Assembly: GCF_004010195.1 (NCBI RefSeq) | Contig: NC_057751.1 | Location: forward strand, 10,834,617-10,898,616 | Origin: Chiloscyllium plagiosum | Taxonomy: Eukaryota | Reading direction: 5' to 3' | DNA length: 64,000 nt | In this document: piece after piece, positions 12,201 to 22,241 of the stretch | Layout: each line of letters begins with the position of its first letter | Numbering within the stretch: the stretch's first letter is position 1 | Notes under the pieces: model-generated | What the model was told of the DNA's origin: nothing | Seen by the model: only the letters and a program-made list of their open reading frames with translations | Database searches by the model: none | Made by a program: the position numbers and the translations under genes

Positions 12201-13957
12201 TTCATCACACCCAGTCAATGTCTATTCAAGTCACTGCACCCTTTGATTAGAAGTCATGTAGAGCAGAAATCTCATCTTCTTGCGGTTTTGGTGGTTTATG
12301 CTTCACTCTGTTATTCCATTTCATGATTGACTCTGAAGTCTGTTGTCTATTCCTCACAGCTGGACTGCCCAGATCTGTTGCCAGAAGCCCCCTGTCCTTC
12401 CCTCCAATCCACAGTGAAGGAGGAATTCCAGAAGCTCCTCTATGCTCATGCTTGTTTGTGAAATTTATGATCTGGTTCATGTCAGACTGTGTGCACCCAA
12501 AGTCCAAGCTGCAGTTACAAGTTTTGTTTTATTAACTGCTAAATTACATTTGTAAATGTCCATGAGAGGTTTTGTTCCATCTGCTGGAACCATTGCAGTG
12601 GTGGCACTATGCCTACAATGAATGAGCAACCTTGGAGTAATTGAGTGGCTTACGAGGCTATTTTGGAGGTTAGATGTCAATCACATTCTTATTGTAATTG
12701 AGAGTCACCCATATTTCTGTGGGTCTGCAAAGAGGCCAGGTCACACGATACTGGCAAGTTTCTTTCGCAAAGGTCGTCACTGAAACAGGTTTTTAAATGA
12801 TAATTGAGAAGTGACATGGTCTTCATCATTAATAACTACTTGTTATTTCATACCTTATTTCATTCACTGCAATAACGTTAGGATTTGACCTTAAGTCTTT
12901 GTTATTAACCCAGGTCTCAGATCATGTGTTACATCACCAATTATGCTCCCGTTCCCTGAAGCCCAAAATATATACTCCCCACCACCCAAAAAGTAGGCAA
13001 GGAAGAACATTCAGATCTGAAAGCCAGTAATTGCTGGGCAAGTCATTTGGAATTTCAATTTATTTAGTTAACAGAGAGAAGACCTTCCTGCTCCAATGTA
13101 ACAGATGGTTTCAGTCCATTTATCAATGTTTTTATACAAATTATGAGGGAAACCAATGAACCTTGAGAAACTGTTAATTTTTTGGGTCTAGATATTTTCA
13201 TGAAAGAAAGTGAGCAACTTCCAGTGATGAACAATAAAAGCAATAAATAGAACACTTTTCAGAGCAGGGTTGGAGTTGTTTGCTTGTAAAGTTAGTCAAA
13301 TTTGTTTTATGTATGCATTTCCTGAGAGTTTGTTGCTGATAGATAGCTAAAAGTTCACTATTCTCTTCACTTGATAGGATTGTGCTTTGTATTTAGCCTG
13401 ATTGAAATTTCAGAAGGAAAGTCAGCTTCCTGGTGGCCTGCTGCAAATTAGGTCTGAATAAGCTGTTCACTATGTTGTTTTCCCAGTTTCCTGTGGAAAT
13501 CACTGATCAGCTCACGATTTAACTGACAGCACATTTCAAAATTAGATCCCCAAAGAATAAGAAGGGTCTCTGTCAAATCGTGTGCCATTTTGAAGGGGAC
13601 CACTCTGGGGCTATCTTTCACAGTTGGTATCTGGCTTGTAGAATTTAGATAGTTGCTTCAAATCAGTCAAATCAGTGGGCTCAGTTTGAGAAACCCTTTG
13701 ATCTACTGAAAATGAATCCAAACTTGAACCATTCCTGCATGCATATAATTCCACGTGCAGTGGTCAACGGTGGTGGCAAGTTCTGATTCTTCGGTAAGAA
13801 AAGATCTCCACTGATTTAAGATGCACAATAGGATTCAAGAGAGGTTGATATAGATATGCGGCACAGTTTTCCACCTCGAGTTAATTGAGTATGTGGTCAA
13901 GCTGTGCTGAATGTGTTTTGCTGATGTTGCTTGCTTTCTTTTTATTCCCGCCAACAG

Positions 13958-14029
13958 TGGGCAGACAGACCACTGCGCCAGCTACAATGACAGCTGCCGC
14001 CAGCGCGACTGTTGGTCTCGTTGAACAAG
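13958..14029 (+). CDS. CAMK2B: CaMKII-beta linker cassette exon [24 protein letters not shown] (homologue of the beta F-actin-binding exon)
   Basis: 72 nt, phase 1-1, ccaacag acceptor, caag|GTAGAC donor. Closely resembles mammalian beta [25 protein letters not shown], which is diagnostic for beta. Confidence 0.94.
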
Positions 14030-17000
14030 GTAGACGTGTGCGAGCAGACACTGCAGGTGGAGGGCATGCTCAGAACTAATGCTCTGCTTTCTTAACTTGT
14101 GAACGTATCCTACTTTGTGTATTTGTTGTCTGGATATTTCAATCCCATTTTAACTGGCTGAGCAGCAGGGAGAAGCTTTGGGTGAATTTTCTTAAACATC
14201 AAAAATCAGATCAGGAAGTTCCATTTAAGACATTTGACCTAGTAGGCACCAATTTAAAGAAAGCTAATTTGTGAATGAGGTAACTTGAGGTCAGCCTTTG
14301 ATATGCTTGCAAAAGCCAACTTGAGCCGAACCATTAATGTACAACCAGTAGTTCTTCCGAGTGGCTCAAGTTGATTCCAGTAAATTAATATTCCATCGAA
14401 AAGTACTGTCACAAAGTTTGTACTTGTAAAGTCAGCATATTCTTGTTGGTTAACTTGTCTGTGCCAATTCCACTGATTTGGTGCCTTAATGGACAATTTC
14501 AAAACTGAGCCGTTGAAATGGTTGTCTTGTGTGCAGTGAAGCCTGGATTGTAATGTCCATTTGCTGTAATCATTTTGGTTTCCATGTTTTTGACCCTGAT
14601 TGGCCCTTCAAGTGTCTGTGTTGTTTGGTGCAGTCTATTTTGTATGCTCCTGTCTTGCACAATTGTGCAATGTTTTATGTATCCTGTTGTTAGCACTGTT
14701 GCTATAGTCAGAGCCAAGTCAAGTCTGGGTTTGAATCATTGAAAAGTCAGTTTAGTGTCTTCAGTTTATTTTTGCATTTGAAGTCTGAAAATCTAAAATA
14801 TTGAACAAGACTATTTGACATTGGCAAATGGCCTCTTGGGAACAAACCTTCAAATCAGTTTCTCAAAGAGCAATAGCAACAGAAGGACATGTCTAGATGA
14901 TTTAGATTTCAGTAAACTTTGTGTTTGCAGTGCTGCCTGTCCAACGCCTAGCTGGACCTTACGGAATTGGGCATCAAGTCACAAGGGCACTCTCTCAAAC
15001 TCCTGAATTCACCATCACATTCTGGATGAGTACACTCATATCATTTAACCTAGAAAGTCTGTGTCCCTCCACAAATCTTTGCTGGCTCAAAATCTTGCCT
15101 CCGCCGTATAATCTGAGTTCAGGCGGAACAGTGATTGAGGTGCTGTCATGGATTTGTTCATGAGAGAAGTGAATGGTGAGCCTGGGTCCCTGAAGTTGGC
15201 TGACTGACCCAGGAATCCCATCTCTCTCCTCCAGTGTAGGCATTATGTGTGGGCATTACACGGTGTCAGATTTAGACAGTACTTCGGGATATGAGAGTTG
15301 TCCCCTTAGGAACGAAAGAGAGAACATATTTGGTCAGATAGTGGGGCGCTAGCAACAATTGTACATCATGGGGATGATAGTATAGTGTGAAAATAATTGT
15401 TTTGTCCAGGTAAAGTTACACAGTTGTAGTCAAAGACTGAGCTCAAAACCAACTTGCATGAAGTAATTAAACGTGACCAATTATGTGAATGATAACATTT
15501 TTTGGGACCACTGAGATTGTTTTGGTGAAATGCCCAGTCAGAGTTCAAGTCCTGAAAATTGTTCCACATTCCTGAAGTGTAAAAATAAAGTGTATTTTGT
15601 TATCCTTTAAGCCATGTACTCTTGCCCAATATCTGTCCAGAGGCTTTGTCGAGGGAGAACTATGTAAAAATAAACTGATTTGTTTCTCCTTTACTGATTC
15701 AAGTAAGACTTGTAATGGGTTAGTCTGAGTTTCAGCTTTGATATAGAAAGCCACTGAGGCAGCTTTACTGATGAAACATCTGCCCAACCACGAGCTCAAA
15801 TTGTTTGCAGAGTGAGATGGCGAGCTGGGGGAGGGAGAGGGAGAGAAGAGGAGAGAGGTCAGTTTATATGAAGAGGGAAAAGGAGAGTTTGCACTTCACT
15901 GACTTTGTGATCGTGTTGCTTCAGTTTGTCAGTGGCTGTGCTTGCACTTTTGGAAAATGAATGCTGCATGCCGGAAACAAAAAAGCCATGTGCATGCGAA
16001 AACGGGGCTTGCTTGCTCTGTTTTATTGTGTATCGTGAAGTTATTTCTTCCTATCACATTGTTCTCATGGCATTGGGATAAGTTGCATGTGTGTTGGTGG
16101 TTCGACAATACAAAAGCCCTCTTTCCAGGATTACCCATGCTGGTGGACAGTTCGCTTTGAGATCTTGGTGGAATTGCTGTCCTAGAGTGGCTTCAGTGGA
16201 AACAGCAGACTGCTTCACATTGATTGGTGCTGTGGTTGAGGGTGTTGACTTGCATAAGTTGCCACTGAGAGCACTCTAAATTCATTCTGAAATCATTCTT
16301 CACTATTTTCTTGTGAGGACAGCAAGCAACCTCTGTCATCATTCTGCTTACAGAGACCGGTGACTGACCACCATGAACCAACCGTGCAGTCCATTCGAGC
16401 TGTGAATGAATTTTCCAAACTTTCCCTTTTGAAGAAATTGTTGCTCTTTTATTGATCTGCGCTCCACACCAACATAACCTCTTATCTGAGGTCAGCATCT
16501 TGCAGCCCTCCTGTCAGACCAGCTGAACTCTTAGAATTGCTGTCCCTCTGGGGAAAAAAAAGTACAGATGTTTCCTGCATCCCTCAATCCTCACCTCTTG
16601 TTCTCCCCCCTGACATCCAGCAAACGAAATAACCAAATGATATTGGCAGCTCTCATCCCCAATGATCCAACTCAAATCAATCTCTCCAACTTCCAGCCCA
16701 AACATTCAGGTAAATAGAGACATAATGCATCAGCTGCATTGAACATAGCGCTGCAGGCAGATAGATGTAAACATGAGAACAAGGAATCCTAAGAGATACT
16801 GAATTCTGAGAAACTGTTGAAAACTATTGGATTCAGAAGCATGATCCTGCAGCATGGTGCATTTGTCCTCCTTGCAAGTAATAAGATGATGGTGGCCATT
16901 TGCTCCAAGTGACCACACTGTTCTAGTGTTGGAGTTAGTCCATCTTGCTTGTTAATTTTTCCGTTAAAGTTTCCCTTATCAAAAAGTATCATGATGCAAG

Positions 17001-17899
17001 TAAATTGATCTAACCTAAGGTCCCTAACTCATCTCCAAAACATTTGGAAGGCCTTTTTAGATCTTTGTTTGAAGGGACGTCAGCATTGTTTTGTTTCCGT
17101 CATACATATTCAAGACATCGGAGCATGGTAATGACATTGTTTACTTGATTTGATCCCTTGACGCTTTTTTTGTGGCCAGATGCTCTGCAGACATCTCCAG
17201 TCAGGCGATGTCTATTCAGGGGAGCGGTTGTTCTGAGAGCTGCCAAGGGTTGCAAGTTTTACTTGTTTAGAGCATGGTGATCAAGGGACGACTGTGAATT
17301 AAGTTGATGTAATGTTTCAATTGCATTGGAAGTTGTGCTCCAGTCAGAGAGGTGTAAACACGGATTGCATGGACATCCTTTGAACTGTTGAAAACTGGCC
17401 ACTATTTGATTTAATTTCTTGTCTTTCTCTTTTGAATCTTCTGTCTCCTTGACTCCACCTCTACTTACGCAAGGTAAGGAGGGCTCTAATCAGGGCTTCT
17501 TTGCCACTCCAACCAAACTCTGCAGTTGCTCTGCTAATGTTGATTTGTTTCGACCTAACCTTTATTATTTTATTTCTTCCTTTCGCTCTTAGACACATTG
17601 ATGATGTAAAAGATGTGTACAATGGAAGCAGTTTTTTTTTCTGAAACCCGTTCATGAGTTTAGTTGAAGGTTTATACAGTTTCTAACAATGTGTACTTGT
17701 TTCTCCATGTGTGAGTCCTACCTGATGCAGACTGAAAATATTATCTGGTTTGAAGTCTTTATGGTCATTTGAAAGCAGAAAAATAATGTTTGATGCTTGG
17801 CTGAAAGTTTATTTCTTTTGACATAGTGAATTTTAACTTGTCAGTGCAATAGAGACCATCTTTGGTTTTGTCTAAAAGCAGCGTTGGTCTTTCATTTCT

Positions 17900-19420
17900 A
17901 TCATGGATACAATGAGACATCCTCTTCATGCCAACATACATTCGAACAGAATCATACTGAGTTCGTCCCTCATCTCTTTTTCTCCCAGTTTTATGTCTGG
18001 ATTGGTGCTGTCTACTGTTGAAACCATGAAGTGGGAAAGTTTCATCGATTGTTTTTAATTTCAGTCCATCTCTTGCTTTCACCTTGCCCATCTCTAATTC
18101 TTGCCTTCCTTTTCTTGATATCTGTTTTCCATTTCTGAAGACGGGCTTTATTGTAATCTTCACTCCAAATTCACCGATTCACACACTTTCCTCAACTACA
18201 TGTCCTCCCACCCTGCTTCCTGTGAAGGTTCCATTCTTTCTCCACGTTTATCCATCTCTGTTACTTCTATTCTGATGACACTGCTTTCCACACTACAATT
18301 TGTGCTATGTCTTCCTTTTACTTCCTTAGCAGGGAGAAGATTTCCATCCAGCATAGCTGGCAAGGGTCTTCACTGTGTGCAGTTTGGTTTGCTCTCACCT
18401 CTTCCCGTTCTCCCAAATGCATGATCATGCTTTGTTTGTGCTGACCTTTGGTCCTCTGCATTCAGCAGATCATCTGAGACCATATCGTCCAACTCCAATG
18501 TGCTGCAGCCATCAAACGCATCTAACCCAGTCTTCCCCTTTGAGCATTGAGCACAGGGCGAGACCCTCTTCAGCATCCTGCTCCACCCTGACCCTCCTTG
18601 CCTTGCAATAGCACCTTTCTGTGCAAGCTTGGAAGATGCTTTACCTGCCCTTTCACCTCCCCTCTTCTCAATGTTCAATTGTCCAAGCACTCCTTCCAAG
18701 TTAACAGAATTAATGTGAATTTCTTTCAACCTAGTCTACCGTATTTGCTGCTAATAATGCGATCTCCTCTACATTGGGAAAACCGTGCATACTGGCTGAG
18801 CGCTTTTCAGAAAACACCCCATTTGATTGTAAGCATCATCCTGAACTCCCTGAATTTGTGGCTGCTGATCATATGAACTCTAGGTTTGCTGCGCTCTGAC
18901 CTTTATGTCTACTGCCTGCCACAGTGTTAGAATGAAAGTTAATACAACAAGGAGGAGGAGGAGTAGTTAACCTTTCGGCTCAACACTCCACAGCTTCTGG
19001 ACTCAAGATTTGAGTTTGATTTAGTTTATATCCTCTGCATTGAGCTAGTCCTGTTCTGTAAATTTTATTTTGTTGGCCTTCATCTTGTTTTTTTTTCTCC
19101 TTTGTCCCTTCATAATGCATTCAGATGATTTTTATGCAGCAAGTCACGTCATATCGATGCATCCTTTGTTTCTTCCCAGTGTCCACTGTCACTGCGACTG
19201 TTGCATCAAGAAATCTCTTGTTTATTCTCCCCTCGCCTCCATCTTGTCACAGATCATCTTTTTTCATCCTGCCCTCTCCTGCTGATTTAGGAATTCACAT
19301 GTTTCTGTTTAGCTTCAATTCTGGTGAAAGATTGTCAACATGAAATGTTAACCCTGTTTCTGTCCACAGATGCTGCCTAACCTGCTGAGTTTTCTCCAGC
19401 TTTTTCTTTCATTCTTATTT
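17900..19420 (+). mobile_element. Old decayed Penelope-like element (RT thumb, GIY-YIG region, pseudo-LTR)
   Basis: Fragments ISNSCLPFLDI, SSHPASC, C-x-C-FTC, and NLVY...LYIG-like. Terminal gatgctgcctaacctgctgagttttctccagc. Confidence 0.7.
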
Positions 19421-20032
19421 CTTCTAATTTGTCTGAATGACCTCCAAGCTCAAGATGCTTCAATTTTTTTGCAGCAGTGGCATAATCCTATACATTTGGG
19501 AAGGGACATGATTCAAGTATGTTTCGCTGCTTTTGGAGCACCGATCTCTGTGACAAAACTCATCATAAGTGCTGGATATTGTTGTTGATGTTAAGCTCAC
19601 AGCTGGGATTTCTGGATTCTTTTCATTTGTGCTGTTTTATAAAGCAGTGAACAGCTCCACAAACTGCACTGAGCAACAGTGACCAGTTTAACCTTTTAAA
19701 ACACATTTCTGATTTTGGGCAAGGACCGCATTTATTGCTTATCCTTAATTGCCCTTGAGAAGGTGGATGCTGTCTTAACTTCCTGGATCATTTGATGTGG
19801 TCAGGCTCCTTGTACAGTGCTTTTTAATGCAGAAAGGTTTAATTTTAACGAAGTGATGATGAAGGACAGGCCAATACACGTCCATGTAAACTTGATGTAC
19901 GACTTGGAGGTGGGGTTAGTGGGATTTTGGGGCGTGTTTCCTTTTTATGAAAAGTTTGGATATATGAATACCACATAATGTATCCAGATACAGCCACAAA
20001 GCAAAGTGTCCACTGTTTTTCTGAAGTGAGTA

Positions 20033-20252
20033 CAGTAGTCCTCCTTCACCTGTGGGGGATATGTTCCAAGACCTACTGTGGAATCCCAAAACTGTGGATA
20101 GTAGTGAACCTATTCATTTCAATGGGAAATTTAGCTTCGCGGCAGCCCCAGTCCCTGGTTCTGGCATGTTCCATGTAATATGTTCAGACCACAGTAAATC
20201 CCAGGTAACTGAAACCGGGGAAACTGGACCCGCAGATACAGCGGTCGCTCTG
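20033..20252. mobile_element. Tigger/pogo-like non-autonomous DNA transposon (MITE)
   Basis: TA-flanked, begins CAGTAGTCC and ends CTG. Imperfect ~24-bp TIRs. Subterminal text (gggggatatgttccaagacc, gtaactgaaacc) resembles Tigger-derived MERs. Confidence 0.6.
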
Positions 20253-21447
20253 TACATTATTGACACACGCTCAGCAAATTTCACAAGTTAATGTCTTTCT
20301 CCCAGAGTTAACTTATATCCAATGACCTTTGTGAGAGACATAGAGCCAACCATTATCCTTCTCTTTCTACTGAGAGATGACTATTGGACCTGAAAGAATT
20401 TTTTTGGATTTTTTTTCCCTTAAGATTTGTTTTGATAATGTGCATTGAATTAATTGAACTGAGGCTCCAGTAAAAGTGGAGCATTCCAAGCTTGCTGGAG
20501 GGAAAGTTGCATTTGAAATTGCTGTTTTGGAGAGATATGATTTTGTTATTATCCCATGAGATTATCTCCTTGAGTTGTGCACCAGCTGCAGCCATTCTTG
20601 TAAAGTTGAATGCTTAGGATGAGAACATTGCCAGGAGGTCACTACAAAGCAGACTGGTCCGGTTCCCAGAATCTCACAGAGCTACGATTGGAGACATGTT
20701 GCTGTCTCAGGATGTGGTTCAGAATTAGTTCTTTGCAAGTCCCCTTATCAATTCCATAGAAGGGCATCAACTCTGAATTTAAAATTCAATCTGGTTAACT
20801 AATTTTGGATGAAGAGTTTTGATACAAAGGTTATAGATTGCTCCAGAAGAATTAGTTCCATCTGAAGCTGAAAGAACTTAATAAGTTGTACTTGAAAGGT
20901 TGTTGAATGCGGGATAGAAAATGAATTCTTGATTGAATTTTTGAATTGAGAAATGGACCCATGGTGAACTCATCCTTGTCACAGATTTATGCAAATTTGC
21001 AGAACAAGCTCTCAGATTTTCAGCTGTGGGGCGCCTGTCAAAAATTCAATCTTGGTATGTGTTTCAGAATAGCTGTAGTATCTCTGAAACATAAGTTAGT
21101 GTATGTCACTTCCACTTATTGACAGATCAGTGACTCTTGTGTCTACTTGGTTAATGAAATAGACACCTGTCACTGGTTCTCATTGGATCACCAACAAAAG
21201 ACACAGTCTTCCAAAGGGTTTGCAAAGGAGTGTGTCAGAGTTTTTGGTTGGAACTAAATTGGTGTCATATATCATTGCAGTAACACAAATTCTGATTAAA
21301 TATTTGTAATGTTTCCACTGAACTGACATTTAGTTTCATGAGTCATTGGCATTGTATTGAAAAGTCAAACTGTTACAGAACAATTGAAATTATCTGAAAT
21401 AATCTCTTACTGAAGTGTGGTGGATCAGCATTGAGATGGTGGGGCGA

Positions 21448-21758
21448 AATCATTGAATCCCTATGATGTGGCCCCACAAGTCCACATCGATCCTCTGAAG
21501 AGTAGGCCACCCAGAACAATTCCCCAACCCTACATTTACCTCTTAATAATGTACCTAACCTGCACATCCCTGAATACTATGGGCAATTTAGCGTGGCCAA
21601 TTCACCGAACCTGCACATCTTTGGATAGTGGGAGGAAACCAGTGCGCACGGAGGAAACCCACACAGAGAATGTTTAAACTCCACACAGATTGTAGCACGA
21701 GGCTGGAATAAAACCCAGGTCCCTGGCACTGCTCACCACTGAGCTACTGTGCTGCCCC
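21448..21758 (-). mobile_element. HE1-like tRNA-derived V-SINE
   Basis: Reverse complement matches 57644-57962 (ggcagcacagtagctcagtgg..., tggccacgctaaattgccc). Confidence 0.85.
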
Positions 21759-22200
21759 AAGTGACGGTGTCTGACCAAGAATTATGATCCTTTGACCATC
21801 TTCACCTTGAGCAGTGAACATATGGCTCATGGACTTGCCCAAAGCCAGTCTTTTCAGAATGGGCTGGGAGTTGTTCAGATGGACAAGCCCATAAGATGCA
21901 TTGGGGCAGCTGGGCCATTTATAGAGGAACTCGAGATGCTGTACACGCAGCAACAGTTGGGCAAATATTGGAGTTGTGCCTGCCACGCTAACAAACAAGT
22001 GAGTCAAAGACCCTGTTGAACTATGCAGGTCATTGAGTATCTGGTGTGTCCACCTAGTTGAATTGTCTTTTGACAGTATGCTGTGTCAACAGCTATTTCA
22101 GCATAAGGTGACAGTTGGTTTGTAACCTGACAGCACAGCTTGTGTGTGCAAGTTGAGATCTGAATGTAATTTTCTTTTTTTTTCCCTTTTTAAAATACAG

Positions 22201-22241
22201 CAGCCAAAAGTTTATTAAACAAGAAGGTCGATGGAGTTAAG
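22201..22241 (+). CDS. CAMK2B: CaMKII linker exon (A)AKSLLNKKVDGVK with tandem NAGNAG acceptor (alternative start 22204)
   Basis: Long T tract, tacag|cag|cc acceptor, aag|GTAGGT donor. Matches beta AKSLLNKKADGVK. Confidence 0.95.
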
